Shown here in pieces: positions 9,323 to 18,301 of a stretch of 60,301 nt of DNA. The DNA comes from Candidatus Falkowbacteria bacterium (GTDB taxonomy: Bacteria; Patescibacteriota; Patescibacteriia; Patescibacteriales; WJLG01). How positions within the stretch are numbered: position 1 is the stretch's first letter; the number at the start of each line of letters is the position of its first letter. The notes below the pieces were generated by a model. The model worked only from the letters and a program-made list of their open reading frames with translations, was not told the origin of the DNA and made no database searches. The stretch covers positions 1 to 60,301 of the forward strand of contig CAVVFV010000002.1 in assembly GCA_963747695.1 (NCBI GenBank), given 5' to 3'. The position numbers and the translations under genes are program-made.

Positions 9323-9973
9323 ATGACCATAAGTTATTTAGGCCAATCATGTTTCAAACTGCAGGATAAATTAGGTCCGGAGGGCGTGACGCTGGTCACC
9401 GATCCATTCGGCAAAGAGTTGGGTTTTAAGGTCCCGAACTTTGAGGCCGACATCGTAACGGTCAGCCATCAGCATCTTGATCATAACAATTCCGGCGCCT
9501 TGCGCGGCAATCCTTTCGTCATCGATACTCCCGGAGAATACGATATCAAGAATGTCATGGTGCAAGGCGTAGAAACTTTCCACGACGCCAAAGGCGGCGC
9601 CGAGCGCGGAAAAAATATCGTTTATCGCATCGAGATGGACGACCTGACTATCGTTCATTTGGGCGATTTGGGGCATATCCTTACCGACGAACAATTGGAG
9701 CAGCTCGATGACGTCGATATTTTATTTATTCCGGTCGGCGGCAAAGTGACCTTGGACGCCAAGATGGCGGTCGAGGTGATCGGGCAATTGGAACCGAGAA
9801 TCATCATCCCGATGCATTTTAAATTCCCCGGCTCTAAATTTGAACTCGAGCCGGTGGAAAAATTCATCAAGGAATTGGGCGTCCAACCCCGCAAGGAAGA
9901 AAAATTGAAAATCGCCAAAAAAGATTTGCCGCAGGAAGGGATGGAATTGGTAATTTTAGAGATTGCGGTTTAA
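9323..9973 (+). CDS. Metallo-beta-lactamase-fold metal-dependent hydrolase (UPF0173-like)
   Basis: HQHLDH (HxHxDH) motif, the conserved start MTISYLGQSCF and a length of ~216 aa. A sigma70-like promoter lies at 9184-9211. Confidence 0.8.
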   Translation: MTISYLGQSCFKLQDKLGPEGVTLVTDPFGKELGFKVPNFEADIVTVSHQHLDHNNSGALRGNPFVIDTPGEYDIKNVMVQGVETFHDAKGGAERGKNIVYRIEMDDLTIVHLGDLGHILTDEQLEQLDDVDILFIPVGGKVTLDAKMAVEVIGQLEPRIIIPMHFKFPGSKFELEPVEKFIKELGVQPRKEEKLKIAKKDLPQEGMELVILEIAV

Positions 9974-10085
9974 ATTGCTATTGGGCATGCCCCCAGAAGT
10001 TGTTCACTTATAAATAATAATGCAAAATTAAAATCTCAAATTGAAAAATAATTTTACATTTTGAGATTTTAATTTTTAATTTCTG

Positions 10086-10418
10086 ATGCCCAACCAGGAG
10101 GAAAAAAAACCAGCCGCGCCTGCAGTTCTGCCGACAGAAGAGAAAGACAAGCATAACGCTTTGCTGGCCGGAGTTATTTTTTTCATGCTGCTGATCATAA
10201 TTCTCTGGGTGATGAATTTGGGAACGATGATGAAAAGTCCGGCGCCGAAAGCGAGTGATCAGCTGAATATCGACCAAGTCACTAGTGATTTTCAAAACGC
10301 TTTTAATCGGGTCGGGGCGGAAATGAGCGATCTGAAAAATATCGATACTACCGGCTTGCAGAAATACGCGGCGAATCTGGCCAGCAGTTCCGCTGCTTCG
10401 ACTACGATCGAAAGATAA
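10086..10418 (+). CDS. Small single-pass membrane protein (110 aa)
   Basis: One hydrophobic helix (LLAGVIFFMLLIIILWVM) follows a charged N-terminus. No SD seen, so coding status is moderate. Confidence 0.5.
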   Translation: MPNQEEKKPAAPAVLPTEEKDKHNALLAGVIFFMLLIIILWVMNLGTMMKSPAPKASDQLNIDQVTSDFQNAFNRVGAEMSDLKNIDTTGLQKYAANLASSSAASTTIER

Positions 10419-10472
10419 GAATCGGGCGTTAAGTCCTTAATCCTTGATTCCTAACTTTTAATCGATTGCGAT

Positions 10473-13121
10473 ATGCCAAAAAATAAGAAATCCCTTAAGG
10501 CGAAACAGCCCAAGGACAAAGATAAGAAAATTGCGACACCGCCGGAAAAAATAAAAGCAGACAAGGTGCAGCCCAAGCTGGAAAATCCTGTCGAACCCTC
10601 CTCCACAAAAGCGGAGGCCAAGGGCGAAATGGTCGGACTGTCGCCGCAAGCCGGGATGGGGCAATCGCGCACTATGTACGGCTTGGTCCAGGCCCAGCCG
10701 ATCGTCGAAGAGATGAGCCGGTCATATTTGGATTACGCGATGAGCGTCATCGTTTCCCGCGCCTTGCCCGACGTCCGCGACGGCTTGAAGCCGGTGCACC
10801 GCAAAATATTATACGCGATGTGGGATATCGGTTTGCGCGCCGGCGGAAAATTCCGCAAATCCGCCACCGTCGTCGGCGAGGTTTTGGGTAAATATCATCC
10901 GCACGGCGATACGGCCGCTTACGAATCCATGGTGAGAATGGCGCAGGATTTCTCGATGCGTTATCCGCTGGTCAAAGGCCAGGGAAATTTCGGTTCGATG
11001 GACGGCGATTCGGCCGCGGCCATGCGTTATACTGAAGCCAAACTTTCGGCGATTTCCGAGGAGATGCTTTTCGACATTGATAAGAATACCGTGGATTTTA
11101 TTCCGACTTACGACGGTTCGCATCTTGAGCCGAGCGTTTTGCCGGCCAAATTGCCGCAGCTTTTGCTGAATGGTACGATGGGCATCGCCGTGGGCATGTC
11201 GACGGAAATCCCGCCGCATAATCTGCGCGAATTGACTGACGCCATCGCGCATTTGATCGCCAATCCGGAAGCGACCGTGGAAGATCTCTGCCAGTTCGTT
11301 AAAGGTCCGGATTTCCCGACCGGCGGCGTCATTTACAATCAGAAAGACATTGAGTCGGCTTATGGCACGGGTAAAGGCGGGATTGTGATGCGCGGCGTCG
11401 CCGAAATTGAAGAGATGAAAGGCGACCGATTCCAGATTGTCATTTCGGAAATTCCTTATCAAGTCAATAAAGCGACGCTGGTGGAAAAGATCGCCGAGCT
11501 GGTCACGGAAAAGAAAATCGACGGCATTAAAGATTTGCGCGATGAATCCGACCGCGAAAAAAGCGTCCGGATCGTCATTGAATTGAAAAAAGACGCCTAT
11601 CCGAAAAAAGTTTTGAACGCTTTGTTCAAGATGACCGCTTTGCAGTCGACCTTTCACGTCAATATGCTGGCTTTGGTCGACGGCATCCAGCCCAAAGTTT
11701 TAAATTTGAAATCAATCCTCGAAGAATATATCAAGCACCGCGAAGTGGTGGTCAGACGCCGGACGCAATATGATCTGGACAAGGCGAAAGACCGCGCCCA
11801 TATTTTGGATGGCTTGGTCATCGCGCTGGAGAATATCGATGCCATCATCAAAGTGATCAAAGCTTCGAAAGATAAGGATGACGCGAAAATAAATTTGATC
11901 AAGAAATTCAAGCTGACCGACCGGCAGGCCGTGGCGATCCTGGAAATGAAACTTCAGCAATTGGCCAATTTGGAAAGATTGCGCGTCGAGGAAGAATTGA
12001 AAGAAAAGAAAAAATTGATCGCCGAACTGGAAGCGATCCTGAAATCGAAATCCAAAATTTTAAGCATCATCAAAACCGAATTGAAGGAAATCGCCGATAA
12101 ATACGGCGACGAGCGCCGGACCAAAGTGGTGGCTAAGGGCGTCAAGGATTTTTCCATCGAGGATCTGGTACCCAACGAAGAAGCGATCGTGATGATGACC
12201 CGCGACGGCTACATCAAGCGGATGTCGCCCGACACTTTCAAAACCCAGGAACGGGGCGGCAAGGGCGTGATCGGCCTTTCGACCAAGGAAGAAGATACGG
12301 TGGAATTTATGTTCACGACGATGACTCATACCGATTTGTTATTCTTCACTACCAAGGGCCGCGTCTTCCAGTTGAAATCTTATGAAATACCGGTCGCCTC
12401 GCGGACGGCCAAGGGTACGCCGATCGTTAATTTCTTGCAATTATTGTCCGAGGAGAAGATCACTTCGACTTTGCCGTTGGATAAAATCGTCGGCGCGGAA
12501 TATTTATTTTTCGCCACTGAACAGGGCTTGGTGAAAAAAGTTAAGCTGGAAGCTTTTGCCAACGTCCGCCGTTCCGGTTTGATCGCCATCAAGATCAAGG
12601 GCGATGATAAATTGATCTGGGCTAAGCCGACCTCTGGCACCGACGAGATCCAATTGATTTCGGCCGAAGGCCAGTCGATCCGTTTTTCCGAAGATGATGT
12701 CCGCGAAATGGGCCGCAATGCCGCCGGCGTCCGCGGTATCCGCCTCAAGGGCAAAGACGTGATGGTCGGCATGGGCGTGATCTCGACTGACAAGGAAAGA
12801 ATCAAAAAATACCAATTGATCAGCATTATGGCCAACGGGTTTGGCAAACGCTCGCCGCTTTCCCTCTATAAGGTCCAGGGCCGCGGCGGTTCCGGAATCC
12901 GCACCGCCCATGTCACCGACAAGACCGGCAAGCTCACCAACGCTTTCGTGGTTAACGTCGAAACGATGGACGACCGCGATCTGATCATCATTTCCGAAAA
13001 AGGCCAGGTGATCCGGCTGCCGTTCAAACAGGTCAACGAGCTCGGCCGCGACACTCAGGGCGTCCGCGTGATGCGTTTCAAGGAAGAAGGCGATAAGGTC
13101 GCCTGCGTCACCTGGGCCTAG
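10473..13121 (+). CDS. gyrA: DNA gyrase subunit A
   Basis: [38 protein letters not shown], the AAMRYTE active-site Tyr motif and C-terminal beta-pinwheel repeats. The ~70-aa Lys/Pro-rich N-terminal extension may mean the true start is an internal Met (e.g. ~10629). Confidence 0.95.
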   Translation: MPKNKKSLKAKQPKDKDKKIATPPEKIKADKVQPKLENPVEPSSTKAEAKGEMVGLSPQAGMGQSRTMYGLVQAQPIVEEMSRSYLDYAMSVIVSRALPDVRDGLKPVHRKILYAMWDIGLRAGGKFRKSATVVGEVLGKYHPHGDTAAYESMVRMAQDFSMRYPLVKGQGNFGSMDGDSAAAMRYTEAKLSAISEEMLFDIDKNTVDFIPTYDGSHLEPSVLPAKLPQLLLNGTMGIAVGMSTEIPPHNLRELTDAIAHLIANPEATVEDLCQFVKGPDFPTGGVIYNQKDIESAYGTGKGGIVMRGVAEIEEMKGDRFQIVISEIPYQVNKATLVEKIAELVTEKKIDGIKDLRDESDREKSVRIVIELKKDAYPKKVLNALFKMTALQSTFHVNMLALVDGIQPKVLNLKSILEEYIKHREVVVRRRTQYDLDKAKDRAHILDGLVIALENIDAIIKVIKASKDKDDAKINLIKKFKLTDRQAVAILEMKLQQLANLERLRVEEELKEKKKLIAELEAILKSKSKILSIIKTELKEIADKYGDERRTKVVAKGVKDFSIEDLVPNEEAIVMMTRDGYIKRMSPDTFKTQERGGKGVIGLSTKEEDTVEFMFTTMTHTDLLFFTTKGRVFQLKSYEIPVASRTAKGTPIVNFLQLLSEEKITSTLPLDKIVGAEYLFFATEQGLVKKVKLEAFANVRRSGLIAIKIKGDDKLIWAKPTSGTDEIQLISAEGQSIRFSEDDVREMGRNAAGVRGIRLKGKDVMVGMGVISTDKERIKKYQLISIMANGFGKRSPLSLYKVQGRGGSGIRTAHVTDKTGKLTNAFVVNVETMDDRDLIIISEKGQVIRLPFKQVNELGRDTQGVRVMRFKEEGDKVACVTWA

Positions 13122-13177
13122 ATCAATTAAAAATTAAAAATGCAAAATTAAAAATATTTGTCGGGATAATGAAAAAA

Positions 13178-13200
13178 GGACGGATTTGTTTCCGTCCTTT
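13178..13200. terminator. Bidirectional terminator after gyrA / 13208..14092
   Basis: GGACGGA-tttgtt-TCCGTCC, flanked by AAAAAA and TTTTT. Confidence 0.85.
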
Positions 13201-13207
13201 TTAGTAG

Positions 13208-14092
13208 CTAGAAGCCTTCGCCCCCTTTGATCAAAATTTGGGTCCGTCTTTTTTCTTCCTTGCTGCTTCGCTGTTTAATAATTTTGGTGCCCTGGTAAAA
13301 CAGAAAAATTATTATTCCGCTGAGCAAGCTGGTCAACCAGTAGCGACCAAAAAGGAAAAAAGCGGCATAAAGTACGATACCGATTTGTAGCCAGTTAAGA
13401 ATTGCCGAATAAAGTTCTAAGGCAGGATCGGCGGCTTGACGGGAATAAGATCGGTACAAAGGACGTTCGATCAGGAAGATGAGGAATCCCGCGACCAGCG
13501 TGCTGATTAGGAGTAAAACTTTGAGTGTGCCCCAGGAAAAAATCAGATTAGGCGGGCAATGTCGCAAGCCAAGACTGTAAAGCCCGATCATTAAGCCGTT
13601 GCCGATAAGGATAACCGCCAGAAAATCGTAAAGCCATTGCCTGATCAATTTGAAAAAACGCAGCGCCACGACCAAGGAAACCAGGCCGATAAAGATGAGA
13701 TAAAGACGGTGGCGGTAATCAGGAAAAGTTTCATCTTTAGGCGCTTCGGTATGGGAAGTGATTTTGACGCAGGTATCCAGAGCGCGCTTCGCGACCGTAT
13801 CGATTCTTTTCCAATCCGTGGCGATAATTTCTCGCTGATAGTTCCAGCCCCAAAAACCAACCGGATCATAGGTCGTATCGAACTTAGCGTCTGACCTAAG
13901 TTGATAGATTTTCATGGTCTGTTTTTCCTCTAACGGCGAGTTGACGATCTGATGGAGGGCGCGATAAGGGCGGTACACTCCCGGGCGGAGCGTGACAAAG
14001 ATCAGACTGTCGGGTTCTTCCGCTTGGATGTTGATGACAAAGGCCATAATCAAGGCGATGACGGCCAAGAAATTTTTAGTTAAGGTGTCCAC
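13208..14092 (-). CDS. Polytopic membrane protein with N-terminal signal sequence and ecto-domain
   Basis: GTG start at 14092, 7 nt after AAGGAG. A signal-like N-terminus is followed by a ~120-aa soluble part and then several hydrophobic helices. Confidence 0.65.
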   Translation of the reverse strand: MDTLTKNFLAVIALIMAFVINIQAEEPDSLIFVTLRPGVYRPYRALHQIVNSPLEEKQTMKIYQLRSDAKFDTTYDPVGFWGWNYQREIIATDWKRIDTVAKRALDTCVKITSHTEAPKDETFPDYRHRLYLIFIGLVSLVVALRFFKLIRQWLYDFLAVILIGNGLMIGLYSLGLRHCPPNLIFSWGTLKVLLLISTLVAGFLIFLIERPLYRSYSRQAADPALELYSAILNWLQIGIVLYAAFFLFGRYWLTSLLSGIIIFLFYQGTKIIKQRSSKEEKRRTQILIKGGEGF

Positions 14093-14219
14093 GGTTCAAC
14101 TCCTTTTGGTTTAGTTTAATATCAAAAAGGACAGAAACATTTCGTTTAATGTTATGACTTTTTTAGTTTGATGTCAACAAAAAAGGAGCGGAAAGTTTCC
14201 GCTCCGGTGGGGGATTGGT

Positions 14220-15053
14220 TCAAGCCGGAATTTGTTTGATCCGACCATGTCTTTTGCAGAAGTATTTCAGATAGATCGTTGCCGCGCCGGCTAAGATGAC
14301 CAGCAGCGACGGCAGCAGACAGGGGAAAAGGGTGATTTTTGCGGCAACCAGCGCGGCAAAAAAAATAATCCAGAAGATCGCCTGATGGCCGCGGTAAAAA
14401 GCGAGGCTAGCGTAGAATTTTTTATTCAGCATGAGCAGTGCCGCATACGACAAGGCGGAAAGTTCAATCAGCGCCAGCGTCAAGCCTTTGAACTCCACCG
14501 GATGGCGTAAGACGCCGGTGTTGCAGACCAAGATCGCGTAGATCAAGCCGGCGATGGCCAGCCAGTCAAAGATCACCGTCGACTGGTTGAAAAACTCCGA
14601 ATGCTCTTTCCATATCTGTTCCTCAAAAAGCGGGATTTTCAGCTCATAGCCAATGGCAATGAAAATTATGAAAGCCAAGAGGATGAAAAAAACCATTTTC
14701 CCGGCGGAGTTGGGAATTTTTAGCTGACCGCGCCGCGCCGGCAATTTTTTGATGGTTTTTCCCACGAGCAGGAAAGTGTTGGTGTCAATCAGACAAACCG
14801 TGGTGAATCCGAAAAAACCGGACGGTTTTTGGGAAATATTCGTGCAGCGCTCCGCCTGCTTGTTGAAGTAAACCGAACTGGCCAGGGAAAGCTTAATTTT
14901 TTGATCTTCGGAATAGATACTGTCAAGGCGTTGGTTGACCAGAAAATGACCGCCGCCGAGCTCTTGTAAAGCGATACCCTGCTTGGAGAAAGCGGCGGCC
15001 GCGGTGCACAGCAATCCAGCGGAAAGAATCAGCCAAAAGTAAATCTTTTGCAT
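14220..15053 (-). CDS. Polytopic membrane protein with N-terminal signal sequence
   Basis: ATG 15053 lies 7 nt after GGAG (15061-15064). MQKIYFWLILSAGLLCTAAAAFS looks like a signal peptide, and there are multiple TM helices in the C-terminal half. Confidence 0.65.
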   Translation of the reverse strand: MQKIYFWLILSAGLLCTAAAAFSKQGIALQELGGGHFLVNQRLDSIYSEDQKIKLSLASSVYFNKQAERCTNISQKPSGFFGFTTVCLIDTNTFLLVGKTIKKLPARRGQLKIPNSAGKMVFFILLAFIIFIAIGYELKIPLFEEQIWKEHSEFFNQSTVIFDWLAIAGLIYAILVCNTGVLRHPVEFKGLTLALIELSALSYAALLMLNKKFYASLAFYRGHQAIFWIIFFAALVAAKITLFPCLLPSLLVILAGAATIYLKYFCKRHGRIKQIPA

Positions 15054-15176
15054 AGGCACACTCCTGTTAAAGGTTTGTTTTCAAAGGGCGGGCAGTTCAA
15101 ATGATATTACGATTTCCGCTTCATTTTGTCAATTTCGGGACTTTGGGTTTTAAAGATGATATAATAAAATATAATG

Positions 15177-15326
15177 CGAATACGCTGATTCGTCTGCCGC
15201 GCTACGAATGCGGCTCATGCGAATTGGTAATAATGTATGCGAATACAGCGAATAATTTAACGAATTTTGATTCGGTTCGCGGAGTTCGCAGTAATCGCGT
15301 ATAATTCGTATATAAACATATCGAAT
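15177..15326. repeat. CGAAT/ATTCG-closed mini-hairpins and ATGCGAAT direct repeats in an AT-rich spacer
   Basis: CGAAT-N6-ATTCG (15177-15192), CGAAT-N4-ATTCG (15261-15274) and ATTCG-N13-CGAAT (15304-15326). ATGCGAAT occurs at least 3 times. Confidence 0.7.
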
Positions 15327-15349
15327 AATAAAATTAAGCAATATTTTTT

Positions 15350-16285
15350 ATGAAGCATTTCTTTATCTTTCTGCCGGCGTTCTTAATTATCATCATGCTC
15401 GCGGTTTTCAATCTGAGCCTGATGTTCGGAGAAACTTTTTTGTTCCCGGCTAACGCAACGCTCGGCCAATGGCGGCCCAACCATATTCCCGCCCTGATGT
15501 GCGCCGGAAATCCGGCTTCCTGCGTCTTGCCTGGCGCCTCAACAACTCCGCCGACTGCCGACAATGTTGCCGCGGAAATAAAAATCGATTCTCCGTCATC
15601 CAATCAAGTTATTTCCAGCCCGTTGGAAATAACCGGCCAGGCGTTGGGCAGCTGGTTTTTTGAAGCCGTCTTCCCGATCAAACTGGTCGGCGAAAACGGC
15701 CAAGTTCTCGCCCAGGGCCAGGCGCAAGCAACCTCGGACTGGACCACGGCAGATGTTGTCCCGTTCAAAGCTGAATTAAAATTCGCTGCCGGGTCTTCGA
15801 CGATCGGGATGCTGGTTTTCGCCAATGACAATCCGAGCGGGCTGCCGCAAAATGAAAAACAGTTCGGCGTCCCGGTCCGCCTCAGCGCCGTCCAACAGAT
15901 TCCGGTCAAAGTTTATTTCGGCAACACCGAATTGGCCGGCAGCTCCAGCGATTGCAGCCTGGTTTATCCGGTCGAGCGTTTGATTAGTAAAACTCCGGCC
16001 ACGGCCCGCGCGGCCTTGGAGCAGCTGCTTGGCGGCACCAATGCCGAAGAAAAGACTCAAGAATATTTTTCCTCGATCAATTCGGGTGTAAAGATAAATT
16101 CCTTAACGATCGATAACGGCACCGCCAAAGTCGATTTTGATTCGCAACTTGAAAATCAATTGGGCGGTTCCTGCCGCGTGACAGCGATCCGCGCCCAGAT
16201 CACAGAGACCCTGGAACAATTTCCTTCCGTGCAGAATGTGATTATTTCGGTGAACGGCAGTGTCGAGGAAGCATTGCAACCGTAA
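15350..16285 (+). CDS. Gmad2 Ig-like / GerMN domain protein, membrane-anchored
   Basis: N-terminal TM helix. IKIDSP..VISSPLEITGQALGSWFFEAVFPIKLV resembles Gmad2. VKVYFGN...CSLVYPVER...ALEQLLGG...CRVTAIRAQITETL resembles GerMN. Confidence 0.7.
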   Translation: MKHFFIFLPAFLIIIMLAVFNLSLMFGETFLFPANATLGQWRPNHIPALMCAGNPASCVLPGASTTPPTADNVAAEIKIDSPSSNQVISSPLEITGQALGSWFFEAVFPIKLVGENGQVLAQGQAQATSDWTTADVVPFKAELKFAAGSSTIGMLVFANDNPSGLPQNEKQFGVPVRLSAVQQIPVKVYFGNTELAGSSSDCSLVYPVERLISKTPATARAALEQLLGGTNAEEKTQEYFSSINSGVKINSLTIDNGTAKVDFDSQLENQLGGSCRVTAIRAQITETLEQFPSVQNVIISVNGSVEEALQP

Positions 16286-16287
16286 AT

Positions 16288-16900
16288 CATGATATTTTGA
16301 AAAAAATAATCAGACAAAAAGCGAAAGACGAAAACGCTCTTTGGCTGATTGAAGAAATTATCAACAGTTTCAGCAGTTCAAACGATATCATATCAGAGAG
16401 AGAGAGAGAGTAAAGAGAGTTTTGCGCGCGGACTGCCAATCGGCAATCTAACCTCGCAACTGTTCGCCAATATTTATTTAAACGAGCTGGATCAATTTGT
16501 TAAGCAGAAGCTGAAAATAAAATATTATACCCGCTACACCGACGATTTTATCATTGTTTCAACTGACGAAAATTTTTTAAAAATTGCTTTGGAGAAAATC
16601 AGGATTTTTCTGCAAGAGAAGTTAAAATTGGAATTGCATCCGGATAAAATATTCATCCGCAAATATGGCCAAGGCGCGGATTTTCTCGGTTATGTCGTCC
16701 GGCCGAGCCATATCTTATTGCGGACGAAAACCAAAAAAAGAATTTTTAGCAAAATGCGCCGGAAAGCGGAAAAATTGCGGCAGGGGCTTATTGAAGAAGA
16801 TAAATTTATGGAATCGCTTAATTCATATTTGGCGGTTTTATCGCATGCCGACGGCTATGAATTAAGCGAAAAACTAAAAAACATCATTTATTTCGAGTAG
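16288..16900 (+). pseudogene. 5'-truncated, frameshifted reverse transcriptase remnant (DGR-type motif 4)
   Basis: Frame 1 (16288-16413) reads HDILKKIIRQKAKDENALWLIEEIINSF..., ending at TAA just after an (AG)8 tract. Frame 2 continues GLPIGNLTSQLFANIYLNELD, YTRYTDDFIIV (YxDD) and a C-terminal SYLAVLSHADGYEL. RT motifs 1-3 and any start codon are missing. Confidence 0.75.
16395..16410. repeat. (AG)8 dinucleotide microsatellite at the RT frameshift
   Basis: Sixteen nt of perfect AG repeat. One extra AG unit would join the two RT reading frames. Confidence 0.95.
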
Positions 16901-17013
16901 ATAGTTTGTCTTGACTTTTGCCGACAATTCAGATAGTATATTTAAAGTTGATAAAAATCGTTTAAAAGTCAATTTTTATTAGCTTATTTATTTTATTATA
17001 ATCATTATTTAAC

Positions 17014-17514
17014 ATGTTAGTAATCAGATTAGCCAGAATCGGCACGAAGAATAAGCCGACTTATCGCATTATCATCGCCGAAAAAGGCCGGGACAATTAC
17101 GGCAAGATTTTGGAAAATTTAGGCACCTACAACACTTTCACCAAGGAGCTTAAAATTGAGGCGGAAAAAATCAAGGGCTGGATCGCCAAAGGCGCGCAAT
17201 TATCCGCCACCTTGAATAATCTCTTTATTGATAAAGGCATTATTAAGGGTGACAAGATGAAATCGCGCCGGATGAATACGGAAAAATTGGTGAAAGGCCG
17301 CGCGGATAAAGAAGCCGCGGAAAAGAAAAAGGTTGAGGATGATAAGGCCGCCGCCGAAGCAGCGAAGGCCGCTGAACAGGCCGCAAAAGAAGCCGCTGTC
17401 ACTGCTTCCAAAGCTGCGGAAGAGGCCGCTAAGGCCGAATCTGCCGCGCCGGTGGCCGAAATCCCGGTTGCTCCCGCTGCGGTTGAAGCTGCTCCAGTTG
17501 CCGAGTCCAAGTAA
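17014..17514 (+). CDS. rpsP: 30S ribosomal protein S16 with Ala/Glu/Lys-rich C-terminal extension
   Basis: MLVIRLARIGTKNKPTYRIIIAEK... is the S16 core (~85 aa). A low-complexity tail of ~80 aa follows. Confidence 0.93.
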   Translation: MLVIRLARIGTKNKPTYRIIIAEKGRDNYGKILENLGTYNTFTKELKIEAEKIKGWIAKGAQLSATLNNLFIDKGIIKGDKMKSRRMNTEKLVKGRADKEAAEKKKVEDDKAAAEAAKAAEQAAKEAAVTASKAAEEAAKAESAAPVAEIPVAPAAVEAAPVAESK

Positions 17515-17602
17515 AAAAAGTTACAAAAATAATGATATTTCTATGGGAGACCCTACCGAGGAATAAATGGCTTAAATAGCTGGGCTAATGTTAGCTTAAC
17601 TA

Positions 17603-17630
17603 TTGACAAATTTAGCCAGCGTGCTATAAT
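17603..17630 (+). promoter_or_regulatory. Sigma70-like promoter of the KH-domain gene
   Basis: TTGACA (17603-17608), 16 nt, TATAAT (17625-17630). Confidence 0.65.
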
Positions 17631-17688
17631 TTATACAGTAATTAATTTTTCCTGCCAAGGAAGAGTTAATATAATTAATGAAATCTTG

Positions 17689-17712
17689 CGAATAAGGTTT
17701 AAACCTTATTCG
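17689..17712. repeat. Perfect 24-nt palindrome in the 5' UTR of the KH-domain gene
   Basis: cgaataaggttt|aaaccttattcg. It lies between the promoter (17603-17630) and ATG 17731. Confidence 0.9.
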
Positions 17713-17730
17713 GTGAGAAGAAACACTACT

Positions 17731-18057
17731 ATGGCAGACCAAGACAAGGCGTTTTTAGAAATGATTGTTAAGTCCATCGTGGGCAAGCCGGATGCTGTCC
17801 AAGTTGACCGCACAGTCGACGAAATGGGAGTCCTCCTGACTCTCAAGGTTGATCCGACCGATATGGGTTATGTCATCGGCCGCAAGGGCCAGACCGCTCA
17901 AGCGATCAGAACTCTCTTGAAGATTGTTGGCGCGAAGAATAACGCCAGAGTCAACTTGAAGATCTATGATCCGGAAGGCGGCAACCGCCCGCGCCGGATG
18001 GAATCTTCTTCCTCTTCCGAGGTTGATACCTCCGCTGTCGATGATTTGAAGATCTAA
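17731..18057 (+). CDS. KH-domain RNA-binding protein (YlqC/UPF0109 family)
   Basis: LEMIVKSIVGKPDAVQV...LKVDPTDMGYVIGRKGQTAQAIRTLL contains the GxxG KH motif. The position after rpsP is typical. ATG 17731 was chosen over the longer TTG ORF (17686). Confidence 0.85.
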   Translation: MADQDKAFLEMIVKSIVGKPDAVQVDRTVDEMGVLLTLKVDPTDMGYVIGRKGQTAQAIRTLLKIVGAKNNARVNLKIYDPEGGNRPRRMESSSSSEVDTSAVDDLKI

Positions 18058-18086
18058 ACCAAAACAACTTCAAATAAATTCCAAAA

Positions 18087-18116
18087 CCACCCCGAACCGG
18101 GGTGGTTTTGTTTTTT
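18087..18116 (+). terminator. Intrinsic terminator after the KH-domain gene
   Basis: CCACCCCG-aac-CGGGGTGG followed by TTTTGTTTTTT. Confidence 0.9.
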
Positions 18117-18118
18117 GT

Positions 18119-18192
18119 CGTAGGAACGCAATATTTTGCGTTCCCGAGAATTCCTAATTACTATTTTAGAACGCAAGATATTGCGTTTCTGC
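18119..18192. repeat. Pair of GGAACGCAA-N4-TTGCGTTCC-type palindromic units (locus 1)
   Basis: cgtaggaacgcaatattttgcgttcc (18119-18145) and the degenerate tagaacgcaagatattgcgtttct (18167-18190). Each is followed by a similar AATT..TAT tail. Confidence 0.85.
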
Positions 18193-18301
18193 GAATTATC
18201 ACTATTTATGTTTTTATGCTATAATATAAAAAGATTAAATATTTCAAATTAAATATTCTTGTTTGGGCTCTTGCAAGGAGGACAAACAAGAAGCATATTT
18301 T

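Noticed and set aside
10019-10033. 15-nt direct repeat aatgcaaaattaaaa (also at 13139-13153) flanking the small-membrane-protein/gyrA segment as mobile-element boundaries
   Set aside because: A single 15-mer match in AT-rich low-complexity spacers is within chance expectation for a 60-kb window, and the enclosed genes are core housekeeping.
14088-14105. tRNA T-loop-like string GGTTCAACTCC
   Set aside because: The flanks cannot form a T-stem or the rest of a cloverleaf. The string is the reverse complement of the AAGGAG RBS/GTG start region of the minus-strand gene.
18119-18192. Palindromic units as a mini CRISPR array
   Set aside because: There are only two units per locus, and the period of ~48-52 nt leaves ~22-nt 'spacers'. 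The 'spacers' of different units resemble each other. No cas genes are in the window.
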